A stretch of 64,000 nt of DNA from assembly GCA_903869825.1 (NCBI GenBank), contig CAIQAL010000028.1:1315-65314 (forward strand), written 5' to 3'. The notes under the pieces are model-generated. The model did not search any database, had not been told where the DNA came from, and saw only the letters and a program-made list of their open reading frames with translations. A program made the position numbers and the translations under genes. Positions 30,763 through 40,019 of this stretch are shown here, piece after piece (positions within the stretch are counted from its first letter, which is position 1; every line of letters begins with the position of its first letter). Source of the DNA: an uncultured bacterium. GTDB taxonomy: Bacteria > Patescibacteriota > Minisyncoccia > Phycocordibacterales > UBA9973.

Positions 30763-31212
30763 CTATAGTAATTTTTTGAATAAAGTTTTATAATCAAATT
30801 CGGGGTAGAGGGGAATTTCGCCGGCGAGGATATCATCTAGGAGAACCCAATTTGCGTCAAATTCATAAGTATTTTCAATAATATGGATGGGATTTTGTAC
30901 ATACAATTCTTTTCGTACTAAATCTCCTTGGTATAAAAAAGTGACTTCGTGTCCTTTGTTGCCTTCAAAAACAAATAAATTTTCTATAACATCAATCAAT
31001 TTTAAATTCTCAACGTCACTTAATAGTTCCTCTTGTATTTCTCTACGAACCCCAGCCTCGCTTGTTTCAAAAAAGTTTACTCCCCCGCCAAGAATCCGAT
31101 AAAAACTTTCTTTTTTAACAGAATCGAAATGTTTAGATATTAAAATTTTTCCATCTTTATAAAATAAACACAAAGCTTTTATTTTAATTTTCCCTTCTGG
31201 TTCTATGCTCAT
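30763..31212 (-). CDS. Nudix hydrolase
   Basis: GGGVNFFETSEAGVRREIQEEL. Confidence 0.85.
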   Translation of the reverse strand: MSIEPEGKIKIKALCLFYKDGKILISKHFDSVKKESFYRILGGGVNFFETSEAGVRREIQEELLSDVENLKLIDVIENLFVFEGNKGHEVTFLYQGDLVRKELYVQNPIHIIENTYEFDANWVLLDDILAGEIPLYPEFDYKTLFKKLL

Positions 31213-31319
31213 ATTTTTATTATACCAAAATTTGATAAAAACCCCATTTTGTATTATTGTATAAGAGTTAATTAAGCAATTGGGAGTACCTTAAAGAGTT
31301 GTTTCAGAAAATATAATAT

Positions 31320-31393
31320 TGGGAGATCGTCTAATGGTAGGACGACGGCTTCTGGAGCCGTCTATCTAGGTTCGAGTCCTAGTCTCCCAGCCA
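31320..31393 (+). tRNA. tRNA-Gln(CTG), CCA encoded
   Basis: TGGGAGA/TCTCCCA acceptor stem; ACGGC-TTCTGGA-GCCGT anticodon arm; GTTCGAGTCC. Confidence 0.97.
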
Positions 31394-31622
31394 ACACGTG
31401 AGCACGAGTTTGTCAAGGGTATCGTACGGGATAACCTACGCACGAGATGCGTCGGATCCCAAACACCCGTTTTTGGCGCTATATTTTTTGCTGTACTTTG
31501 TATATTTTCGGAAAAGATTGTTAACTTTTTCTTAAAGGCAATCAGTAATCGGTAAAGACGGTACAACTAATCGTATTTAACGCCAAGTCTGTTTTTAGGG
31601 ATAATTTTGTTATAATTAAAAG

Positions 31623-32021
31623 ATGAAAAAAATATATCAGGGCGAATTTCTTAAATGGAGTAATATATTTTTCTTAATTCCTCTTGCTCTTGCCGTTTTC
31701 AATAACTTATACTGGTATGCAATGGTACTGTTAGTCGTTTTTATTATTTCTTACGATTTTCATTTTTTTAACCAAGCAAAAGACCTTTATTATCTAGATG
31801 TAATTTTTTCTAGCATATTAATGCTTTCAAATTTTATTTTGCTTTTTAAGGGACATTTATTGCTCCCGTATTGTGCCCTAGCAATTCTTTGTGCCTTAAT
31901 CGCTTTATTCTTCTATTTTAGAAGGGCAAAACGTGACTATTATCTCAACCATAGCTTGTGGCATGTATTTTCCGCAGGAGTATGTATATTTTGTTTAATG
32001 ACTTTTCTTTCTATTATTTAA
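31623..32021 (+). CDS. Small membrane protein with HxxWH motif (CREST-like)
   Basis: SNIFFLIP, NHSLWHVFSA; several TM segments. Confidence 0.65.
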   Translation: MKKIYQGEFLKWSNIFFLIPLALAVFNNLYWYAMVLLVVFIISYDFHFFNQAKDLYYLDVIFSSILMLSNFILLFKGHLLLPYCALAILCALIALFFYFRRAKRDYYLNHSLWHVFSAGVCIFCLMTFLSII

Positions 32022-32110
32022 CTCTTGTGTCCCGGCTAAAACACTCGAAGATAAAGCAACGACACTAGAAATTTTAGTATAATAAACCCACATCAAGCAA
32101 ATAACGTTTT

Positions 32111-32593
32111 TTATTTCTTTTTTGCCAAGAAATCACCCAACTTTTCAAGTTGCTGAGTAAAACCATATTGCATCCCCTCTACCGCCATAGTGGCATCCGG
32201 TCCAAACTTATTAATCGTAGCAACCAAATGTAATTTGGTTTTCCCGTCTTCTTCTGATAAAACAAGCTCAGTCACCTGCTCGATCTCCGTAGTTTCTTTT
32301 TGGCCCTCGGTCCAAGCTTTGGCATCATAAGAGAGTTTGGAATTTGGTTCAATTACGGTAAAAGTTCCAAGCATTGGCCACTTGGTGTCTTTATATTGTC
32401 CCATCGCCTCGCCCGCTTCCATCACTATGAATATAGTGCCACCAACCTTGAGATCAATTTTACATTCAGGAATAGTAACGTCTCTCGGCCCCCACCATTC
32501 TTTAACCATCTCTGGATCTGTCCAAGCTTTCCAGACAAGGTGAACAGGCGCGTCATATGTTTTATCAAACACAACTTTTTTAATTGGTTCCAT
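32111..32593 (-). CDS. SRPBCC/AHSA1 domain protein
   Basis: DAPVHLVWKAWTDPEMVKEWWGP, DLKVGG. Confidence 0.9.
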   Translation of the reverse strand: MEPIKKVVFDKTYDAPVHLVWKAWTDPEMVKEWWGPRDVTIPECKIDLKVGGTIFIVMEAGEAMGQYKDTKWPMLGTFTVIEPNSKLSYDAKAWTEGQKETTEIEQVTELVLSEEDGKTKLHLVATINKFGPDATMAVEGMQYGFTQQLEKLGDFLAKKK

Positions 32594-32697
32594 AAATTTT
32601 AATTCCCTGCTAGTTGAACACAGGGGTGCATTATTATTTTGTAATACTATTTACTACATCGGACTAAAGTTTTTCTTCCATTATTGGTCAATTTAAC

Positions 32698-33894
32698 CTA
32701 GTTTGTTTCCTTCCTTTTTAGAGACGAAGCACGCTTGATTGTATCTTCGCCATATTTTTTTCTTATTTTATCCGCTACTTCTTCCACTACTAAATTTTTC
32801 AGGGCTTTCTTTTGTTTCCCAAATAAATCAAGCGGCACTTCTTCTTGCCGTTTAAGGTTGTGTAATATTACTCCGGTTGAACGGATCCTGGCCTTTTTCG
32901 GCAATAGTCTTAAAAACTTCGGTTCGATGGCATCTAGCACACTACCAGGGTCTGCGGTATACTCAGTCAATTTTACTTCGTCAAAATAATATTTATACTC
33001 ACTTGTTTTAACAAAAAACGATACTTTGTTACTAACCAAATTTATAACTCTCGCGTTCTTACAACCGTCCTCTGCCCGCTCTGCCATTTCTCGCCAAATT
33101 ATTTTTGTATCACTCGAAGCCGGATGAAAAGTACTTGTGGCTTGGATTGATTTCTGATCCCGTGGATCGGAGTCGTTTTCCACTTCCATAATTTGCTCTC
33201 CAGCAAGTTCTTTTTTTAAAACAAGCAGTGGCTTTGAGAAATTTTTTATTATTTTTACGTCAGGATAATTTACAAAATCATATGCAGTTTTTATTCCAAG
33301 CCTCACTAAGGCTGGAGCTGTTTGCCGACCAATCCCCCAAACATCTTCGATTGAAGTTTTTCGAAGCGCCCCCTCTTCATCTTCTTTTGAAATGAGAATC
33401 ACCGAACCATTAGGTTTTTCAAGTTTTGATGCTTGCTTCGCGAGTGTTTTAGTTCGAGCCAGGCCAAATGAATAAGTCACCTGAAGTGTTTTTTCAATTT
33501 CTTTTTTTAGTTCAACCAAAAGTTTTTTCTCTCCACCGAAATATTTTACAATAGACGGTTCTACTAAAGCAAAACATTCATCAATACTATATATTTCGAC
33601 TTTAGCAAAGTAGGACAAAAGAATCAGATACATTTTGTCCGCAATATCTTGATATAAATCAAAATGGTGCGAAAGAATAACCACCTCCGGGAAAAATTTC
33701 TTTATCTGAAATACCGGCATCCCGCGCGTTACTCCGAGCTTTTTTGCCTCCATGCTCATCGCAACTGCAATCCCCCTGTCCCCACCCACAATAACCGGAT
33801 GCCCTCGCAGTTCCGGATGCATGGAAATTTCGCAAGCTACAAAAAAAGAATCTCCGTCGGCGTGTAGATATAGATTTTTTGATTCTTTTCTCAT
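32698..33894 (-). CDS. dinB: Y-family DNA polymerase (DinB/UmuC-like)
   Basis: HADGDSFFVACE, YSIDECF, SKLEKPNG, VWGIGRQT; start MRKES at 33894. Confidence 0.88.
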   Translation of the reverse strand: MRKESKNLYLHADGDSFFVACEISMHPELRGHPVIVGGDRGIAVAMSMEAKKLGVTRGMPVFQIKKFFPEVVILSHHFDLYQDIADKMYLILLSYFAKVEIYSIDECFALVEPSIVKYFGGEKKLLVELKKEIEKTLQVTYSFGLARTKTLAKQASKLEKPNGSVILISKEDEEGALRKTSIEDVWGIGRQTAPALVRLGIKTAYDFVNYPDVKIIKNFSKPLLVLKKELAGEQIMEVENDSDPRDQKSIQATSTFHPASSDTKIIWREMAERAEDGCKNARVINLVSNKVSFFVKTSEYKYYFDEVKLTEYTADPGSVLDAIEPKFLRLLPKKARIRSTGVILHNLKRQEEVPLDLFGKQKKALKNLVVEEVADKIRKKYGEDTIKRASSLKRKETN

Positions 33895-34003
33895 AAAAGC
33901 ATTATACAACGGGAAACATATTTTTATTTTAATGAAACCTTCATCGTCTATGTGGTACCCTCAGGGAGTCGAATGATTAAAAATTATTAAGTCAAATAAT
34001 TTT

Positions 34004-34429
34004 ATGGACAATATGAACCCAGTAGTACATTTTGAAATGCCAGCCGAAGATCTCGGCCGGATGAGGATGTTTTATGAAAAGGCCTTTGGTTGGAAGACCA
34101 AACAAATGGACGATGATATGGGGAATTACGTGGTGGTTAATACCGGAGAAACCGATGAAAAAGGAATGCTTACAAAGACCAACCGCATCAATGGTGGTTT
34201 TTATGAAAAAACTTCTGATCCCTTGAGTAATCACCCCTCTGTTGTCATTGCCGTCGATGACCTCGAAAAAGCTATAAAAAAAGTAAAAGAAGCAGGTGGA
34301 AAAGTTATCGGCGGGATGAAAAAAGACGGTACTCCGGACGACATCCCGAACATCGGGCTGTATATTTCAATAATTGATACTGAAGGCAACCGGGTCGGAA
34401 TGCTAGAACCAAAAGGAATGATGCCGTAA
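34004..34429 (+). CDS. VOC/glyoxalase family protein
   Basis: PVVHFEMPA, FYEKAFGW, DTEGNRVGM. Confidence 0.9.
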   Translation: MDNMNPVVHFEMPAEDLGRMRMFYEKAFGWKTKQMDDDMGNYVVVNTGETDEKGMLTKTNRINGGFYEKTSDPLSNHPSVVIAVDDLEKAIKKVKEAGGKVIGGMKKDGTPDDIPNIGLYISIIDTEGNRVGMLEPKGMMP

Positions 34430-34451
34430 TAATTATTAATATAAACTTTCC

Positions 34452-34485
34452 ATCAAAAAAAGCGCCTTCCGGCGCTTTTTTTGAT
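34452..34485. terminator. Bidirectional intrinsic terminator
   Basis: ATCAAAAAAAGCGCC-ttcc-GGCGCTTTTTTTGAT between convergent genes. Confidence 0.85.
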
Positions 34486-34502
34486 AATTTATTTTTTAAT
34501 TT

Positions 34503-35282
34503 TTAGAAACCAAAAATGCCGGCAAGGAAACCCCCGATTGAACCAAAGAAACCTTTGTGCTTCCCTTGATTGCCATTCGTGGTAGTTCCCTCAGCAACTT
34601 GCACTTTGATTTGAGAATCAATAATAGAAGCTGCAGTAATAGTTGTACCATTTACAGTTCCTTGTACTATAACACTGTCCCCTATTGCAATACTTGAAAT
34701 AGAAGAAATCACTCCTTCCTTTTCTATTTTCGCGTTAGTGGCATCAATGCTATAAGTAACATTACTGCTATTTAAAATAGTTATGGTGTTACCACTAACA
34801 ACGGTAACTTTTCCTCCGACAACCGGCTGACCGTTTCCTTGAATCAAGGACCCGATTTTATTTCCTCTCCCCATTCCAACTGCTGGAAATCCATCACGAA
34901 CAGTTTTTGCTACAACTGATGTTCCAGTTATTGTCCCACTAACCATAACCGTATCACCAACCAAAATGTTTGAGACAGTTGAAGTGGATCCGTTTTTTGT
35001 CACAGTCGCGTTACTAGCATTCACCATGTAAGTTTGAGTACTAAGAGTAACTCCATCAGTATTTAATTTTTTAGTTGTTAATGTAAAAGTGGAACCGTTG
35101 ACCGTAGCCACCGTCCCACGAAGACCAAAACCACCACGAGTTCCTTTCATCATTGTCCCCCAACCATTACCATTCGAGGTTGAACGGTAAGCAGTATTCC
35201 CTTCAGCGTACACGGGGGACGCCGCAAGAATGGCAACAAACAGACTCAAAAATAGTAATAATGTGCTTTTTTTGTTTAACAT
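34503..35282 (-). CDS. Secreted DUF5666-like tandem-domain protein
   Basis: Signal peptide; two repeats G.V..V.G.T.T...Y.(V/I)...NA...K.G.....S.I..GD.V.V.GT. Confidence 0.75.
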   Translation of the reverse strand: MLNKKSTLLLFLSLFVAILAASPVYAEGNTAYRSTSNGNGWGTMMKGTRGGFGLRGTVATVNGSTFTLTTKKLNTDGVTLSTQTYMVNASNATVTKNGSTSTVSNILVGDTVMVSGTITGTSVVAKTVRDGFPAVGMGRGNKIGSLIQGNGQPVVGGKVTVVSGNTITILNSSNVTYSIDATNAKIEKEGVISSISSIAIGDSVIVQGTVNGTTITAASIIDSQIKVQVAEGTTTNGNQGKHKGFFGSIGGFLAGIFGF

Positions 35283-35449
35283 AATAAATGAAATATATCA
35301 ATTTAATCGTAATATTTGGGTCAAATGACTAAGATGACCCTTATGTTAGTATATACGAGTAGTTTCTTTCCCTTGGTGCACTTTCCAAAGTGCCAAAAAC
35401 TGTATTATAAAAAAGTTGACTTAGTTTCTGCCCGGAGTAGAATTATTGG

Positions 35450-36355
35450 ATGAAAAAAAATCTAAAGACAATTTTATACATATTTTTCGCTATCATAATA
35501 ATATTGATGGTTATCAGAGTCGCAGCACGAAAAACAACTGCTCCGACTATTTCCACTACGGCTCCAATCAGCGTTTATTATGCTTGCAACAACAATAAAT
35601 CAATTAGAGCAACCTACGTCACCGGAGCAGAAATAGTTGTCGCTCAAGGAGAGCAACCGATTCCAAGCGGAAAAATAGAATTAAAATTAAGCGACGGACG
35701 AGCTTTTACTCTAAACCAAACTATCTCAGCAGACGGAACTCGGTATGCCAATCCGGATGAGTCATTTGTGTTTTGGGGAAAAGGAAATGGCGCACTAGTA
35801 CTTGAAAATAATCAGGCAAAAAGTTACATTGGTTGCGTTGTTGTAAAACCAGATACAGGAGGACTTACGGAAATCTATCAAAATGGAACAGACGGATACT
35901 CACTCAGGTATCCGACCGGTTACACGGTGGATGAAAAATATATTTATCAAGCACTCGGCCCAGGAAAAGATATTTACGGAACAAAGTTTACTATCCCAAC
36001 CGAATTAACGAAAAACACCAATCTCTCTACAGACACTTACTTTTCAGTAGAGCTTATTCCAAAAACAGAAAATTGTACTGCGGGGTTGTTTCTTGACAAA
36101 GACGCTCAAGTAAAAGATGTGACCGAAAATGACACGGTTTATTCAATGGGGACCACAAGCGGGGCAGGTGCGGGTAACCGTTATGAAGAAACCGTTTATG
36201 CGATGCATGGAACAAACCCTTGCCTTGGGATTAGATACTTCGTTCACTATGGAGCAATAGAAAATTATCCTGTTGGCGTCGTACAAGAATTCAATAAAAA
36301 TGCATTGTTAAAAACTTTCGACGAGATTCGTCAAACGATCACAATCAATCTATAA
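35450..36355 (+). CDS. Exported MliC-like domain protein with an additional C-terminal domain
   Basis: YYAC, LNQTISADGTRYAN..FVFWGKGNGA; promoter TTGACT-16-TAGAAT-N6-ATG. Confidence 0.75.
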   Translation: MKKNLKTILYIFFAIIIILMVIRVAARKTTAPTISTTAPISVYYACNNNKSIRATYVTGAEIVVAQGEQPIPSGKIELKLSDGRAFTLNQTISADGTRYANPDESFVFWGKGNGALVLENNQAKSYIGCVVVKPDTGGLTEIYQNGTDGYSLRYPTGYTVDEKYIYQALGPGKDIYGTKFTIPTELTKNTNLSTDTYFSVELIPKTENCTAGLFLDKDAQVKDVTENDTVYSMGTTSGAGAGNRYEETVYAMHGTNPCLGIRYFVHYGAIENYPVGVVQEFNKNALLKTFDEIRQTITINL

Positions 36356-36359
36356 CTTT

Positions 36360-38057
36360 TTAGACTACTTTCACTAGTTTCTTACTAAGCTCTTTCTTAG
36401 AAATTGATCCTTGGGTAGGAGATTTTTTACTGATGGAAGCTTTAATAAATGCAGTAAAGAGTGGGTGCGGAGCAAGTGGTCGAGATTTGAATTCAGGATG
36501 AAATTGCGTCCCTAAATAAAATGGGTGCATCCTCTTCGGCAATTCGGCAATTTCCATAAGTTCCCCATTTGGAGAAATTCCTGAAAAAACAAGTCCCGCC
36601 TTTTCTAGTCTTTCAACATATGAATTGTTTACTTCATAGCGATGGCGGTGTCGTTCGGTAATTTCCTTTTTTCCATAAGCCGAGGCAGCAACAGTACCGT
36701 TTTTTAAGGTACAAGGATATGATCCGAGACGCATGGTAGCTCCGTAATTTTTATTTTTAATTTTTTCAACCTGGTCGGCCATAGTAGCAATAACCGGGTC
36801 GGGTGTACTTGAATCAAATTCTGTTGAATTTGCTTTTTTAATATTTAAAACATTCCGGGCAAAAGAAATGGTCAATATCTGCATCCCCAAACATAGCCCA
36901 AAATAAGGGATTTTATGTTGGCGGGCATAATCGGCAACTAAAATCATCCCTTCTGTTCCCCGCTTACCGAAACCTCCCGGGAGGATAATGCCATCTAGCT
37001 CTTCTAACTCTTTTAATTTTCCTTTGTCCGCTTCGTATCTTTCGGTATCAAGCCAAATAATATTTGGCTTGTATCCCAAGTTCCAAGTAGCGTGATTAAC
37101 TGATTCAATGACAGAAATATAAGTATCTTTACAAGATTTAAAATTAAAATACTTACCCACGATACCTATCTTTACCTCCTTGTTTATTTTTTTAATTTTA
37201 TTTGCCAATGCTGTCCAATCAGCTAGATCTTTTTGTCGTGGTGGCAACCCTATAGTTTTGAGAAGAATTTCTCCAAAATTTTCTTTTTCAAAATTAACTG
37301 GGACATCGTAAATAGAATAAACATCCGGAGCAGAAATTATCCTCTCGATCGGCAAACTACAGACATTACTAATTGTTCTTTTGATGTCGGGAGTAGCAGG
37401 ATGATCCGCTCGACAAAGCACAAAGTCTGGATTGAGTCCCATCGAATGAAGGTCATTAATGGCACGCTGGGTTGGTTTTGATTTTTGCTCACCCAAGAGC
37501 GACGGTGTCGGCAAGTAACTTGTCAAAACAATAAATACGTCGCCAGGATTTTTTGATTTCATCATTCTAGCCGCTTCTAAGAATGGCAAGAGTTGATACT
37601 CGCCTACTGTTCCACCGTACTCTATTATGGTAATATCAGATTTATTTTTTTCATGACAAGCGGTAATCCGTCTGATTATTTCTTTCGGAATATCCGGGTA
37701 AACTTCAACATCTTCTCCTCCGTACTCCAGATTTCGTTCTCGCCGTATTACTTCGGCGTAAATTTGACCGGTAGTTATATAATCTTCTTTGGTACTTGTC
37801 TGATTAGTAAAGCGTTCATAATTGCCAAGATCTTGATCTGCTTCCACTCCGTCGTCTCCGACGAAAACTTCCCCATGCTCTGCTGGACGGATGGTGCCAG
37901 CATCGATATTGACATACATATCTGCTTTCAGATTAGCTACTCGATAACCCCGAGACTGCAATATTTTACCGATAGAAGCCGCGGCAATTCCTTTTCCAAC
38001 ACTAGACATAACTCCACCAACAACGAAAATGTATTTGCAATTATCTTTTTTTTGCAT
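36360..38057 (-). CDS. pyrG: CTP synthase
   Basis: GGVMSSVGKG, DLGNYERF, KSKPTQ, GLCLGMQ, ERHRHRYE, QFHPEF. Confidence 0.97.
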   Translation of the reverse strand: MQKKDNCKYIFVVGGVMSSVGKGIAAASIGKILQSRGYRVANLKADMYVNIDAGTIRPAEHGEVFVGDDGVEADQDLGNYERFTNQTSTKEDYITTGQIYAEVIRRERNLEYGGEDVEVYPDIPKEIIRRITACHEKNKSDITIIEYGGTVGEYQLLPFLEAARMMKSKNPGDVFIVLTSYLPTPSLLGEQKSKPTQRAINDLHSMGLNPDFVLCRADHPATPDIKRTISNVCSLPIERIISAPDVYSIYDVPVNFEKENFGEILLKTIGLPPRQKDLADWTALANKIKKINKEVKIGIVGKYFNFKSCKDTYISVIESVNHATWNLGYKPNIIWLDTERYEADKGKLKELEELDGIILPGGFGKRGTEGMILVADYARQHKIPYFGLCLGMQILTISFARNVLNIKKANSTEFDSSTPDPVIATMADQVEKIKNKNYGATMRLGSYPCTLKNGTVAASAYGKKEITERHRHRYEVNNSYVERLEKAGLVFSGISPNGELMEIAELPKRMHPFYLGTQFHPEFKSRPLAPHPLFTAFIKASISKKSPTQGSISKKELSKKLVKVV

Positions 38058-38071
38058 CTTTTTACTTTATA

Positions 38072-38989
38072 TTATTTGTTCAAGTATCTCCTAACCGCGA
38101 GTAAACTTGAAACCATTCCCAAAAATACTCCTGATAATAAAACAACAATAAAAATTGTATATAAGTGTGAGAAGTAGTAGTGATACAAATTAATTCCAAG
38201 GAAATCGGTCATGTTGTGCCCAAGCCAGATCGTAACTGGCAAGAACAAAAGCAACGTCACAGCTGTCGCCACGATACCATAAATAGCTCCCTCGATCATA
38301 AATGGACCTCGGACACGCATCTTTGAAGCCCCTACCAAACGCATTACGCCTATCTCTTCTTTCGAGAAGAAGATTTTAAGCCGAATGGTATTGAAAGTGA
38401 TAATTATTGAAATAATGATAAGAATCAAGGTAACTAAAAATCCTATTCTTTGTCCACCGGCAATAATCGCGTTCAATCGATCGATTACCAATTTATTTTG
38501 GTAATAATTTACTTTATCAATAATGGAAGCAGCTCCGGTAGAAATTGTGCTGTCTGATTTTAGAAAATTGGCAATTGTCTCGTACTGGGAAACTTCTTTT
38601 GCTTTGATATTCAAATAGCCACCAAGTGGGTTTGTCCCGATTTCGTCCAATGCTTGAATGGTAGGATAATCTTTTTCATGCCTGGCTCTAAATATATCCA
38701 AGGCGTCACCGGCAGAAGTGTACGAAACGCTCTCAACTTCCGGTAAACTTTCTATCCCACTTTTGAGCGCCATTATCTTGTCTTCGGATGCTCCAACATT
38801 AAAATAAATCGTCACGTCTACTTTGTCTTTAATTTGAGTTAAAGAAGAAATAACTACTGCTTGAAGCAAAATAATACTAACGATAACCGAAAGAGTGATC
38901 GTAGTTATGATTACCGAGGCCCAAGAAATAAGTCCGTTTCGTTTGAAATTTATAAACCCTGATTTAATTATTCTTTTGATTAACATCAT
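38072..38989 (-). CDS. ftsX: Cell division ABC permease FtsX
   Basis: FNTIRL..EEIGVMRLVGAS..VRGPFMIEG; downstream of ftsE. Confidence 0.92.
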   Translation of the reverse strand: MMLIKRIIKSGFINFKRNGLISWASVIITTITLSVIVSIILLQAVVISSLTQIKDKVDVTIYFNVGASEDKIMALKSGIESLPEVESVSYTSAGDALDIFRARHEKDYPTIQALDEIGTNPLGGYLNIKAKEVSQYETIANFLKSDSTISTGAASIIDKVNYYQNKLVIDRLNAIIAGGQRIGFLVTLILIIISIIITFNTIRLKIFFSKEEIGVMRLVGASKMRVRGPFMIEGAIYGIVATAVTLLLFLPVTIWLGHNMTDFLGINLYHYYFSHLYTIFIVVLLSGVFLGMVSSLLAVRRYLNK

Positions 38990-39010
38990 TATTTTTCTTT
39001 TATTAACCCA

Positions 39011-39691
39011 TTATATAGTATATTTACCCTCCTTGTCATCTCGCACAACTTTACCGTTTTCCATAGTAATAACCCGCTTTTTTACCGATTCCAAAATTCC
39101 TTTATTGTGGGTAGTTAAAATGACCGTGGTTCCAAGGTCGTTTATCTTTTTTAAAATCTGGATAATTTCATAAGCATTTACCGGGTCCAAATTCCCAGTC
39201 GGCTCATCGGCAATAATAATTTCTGGCTGATTAATGATAGCTCGGGCTATCGAAAGTCTCTGTTTCTCTCCGCCGGACATTTCATGAGGAAAATGGTTCG
39301 ATTTTTGCCCCAAATCAACCAATTCTAGAACATGAGGAACATCTCCAGCTATTTCCTCGTCAGTTTTCCCAACTGCTTCCATTGCAAAAGCGATATTTTC
39401 ATAGGCCGTTTTATTTGAAAGAAGTTTGAAATCCTGAAAAACAACCCCAATTCTCCGTCGAAGATTTGTAAGGTCAGTGCTTTTTAGTTTGTGAATATCT
39501 ACCGATTCAAAAAAGACCGTACCCTCGGTAGGCGCCGCCTCGGCCAAAATCATTTTAACTAAAGTAGTTTTTCCTGCTCCAGAGTGTCCAACGATTGAGA
39601 CAAATTCTCCTTCGGTAACTGTCAGAGTGACCTTGTCGAGCGCCACTGAATCCTTGTCGTATACCTTTGAAACATTATTAAAGTAAATCAC
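39011..39691 (-). CDS. ftsE: Cell division ATP-binding protein FtsE
   Basis: GHSGAGKTT, RRRIGVVFQDFKLL, MSGGEKQR, ADEPTGNLD. Confidence 0.93.
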   Translation of the reverse strand: MIYFNNVSKVYDKDSVALDKVTLTVTEGEFVSIVGHSGAGKTTLVKMILAEAAPTEGTVFFESVDIHKLKSTDLTNLRRRIGVVFQDFKLLSNKTAYENIAFAMEAVGKTDEEIAGDVPHVLELVDLGQKSNHFPHEMSGGEKQRLSIARAIINQPEIIIADEPTGNLDPVNAYEIIQILKKINDLGTTVILTTHNKGILESVKKRVITMENGKVVRDDKEGKYTI

Positions 39692-39727
39692 TATCTTATT
39701 TTATCACAAAAATAAAAAAATCAACCT

Positions 39728-39756
39728 TTGACATTGTACAAACAAAATGTTAAATT
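39728..39756 (+). promoter_or_regulatory. Sigma70 promoter for the zinc-finger microprotein
   Basis: TTGACA (39728-39733), 17-bp spacer, TAAATT (39751-39756). Confidence 0.6.
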
Positions 39757-39804
39757 AAACTCGGAAAATAAAATAAAATAACAAAACAAAAAAAGTAATC
39801 TATT

Positions 39805-39972
39805 ATGTTAAGAATCAGGATTTTCTCCAGAAAGAAAATGAGAACGAAGAAAAGATATCCACATAATAATAATAATGGCTGGAAATGCCTAATCTGTGGC
39901 TATTTTAACAAAAAAAATCACGTGCATTGCCGGAACCCTGTTCACGACAAGCATGAAAACCCCATAATTTAA
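39805..39972 (+). CDS. 55-aa basic microprotein with RanBP2-like zinc finger (not in ORF track)
   Basis: MLRIRIFSRKKMRTKKRYPHNNNNGWKCLICGYFNKKNHVHCRNPVHDKHENPII; own promoter and terminator (39992-40020). Confidence 0.6.
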   Translation: MLRIRIFSRKKMRTKKRYPHNNNNGWKCLICGYFNKKNHVHCRNPVHDKHENPII

Positions 39973-40019
39973 AGGGTAAAAATCCAAACCTAGCTTTTAC
40001 TATTAAGTAGAAGCTTTTT

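Noticed and set aside
31366-31566. 66-aa minus-strand ORF and the many other short antisense ORFs in the track
   Set aside because: They overlap a tRNA or well-supported genes, and have no motifs or start signals.
33953-33973. tRNA 3'-end-like fragment (minus strand TTCGACTCCCTGAGGGTACCA) upstream of dinB, possible att scar
   Set aside because: T-loop-to-CCA spacing does not fit a tRNA, it matches no tRNA in the window, and there is no integrase; worth a BLAST only.
35378-35393. GCACTTT-CC-AAAGTGC inverted repeat as a CIRCE element
   Set aside because: Spacing and arms do not match TTAGCACTC-N9-GAGTGCTAA, and no chaperone gene is adjacent.
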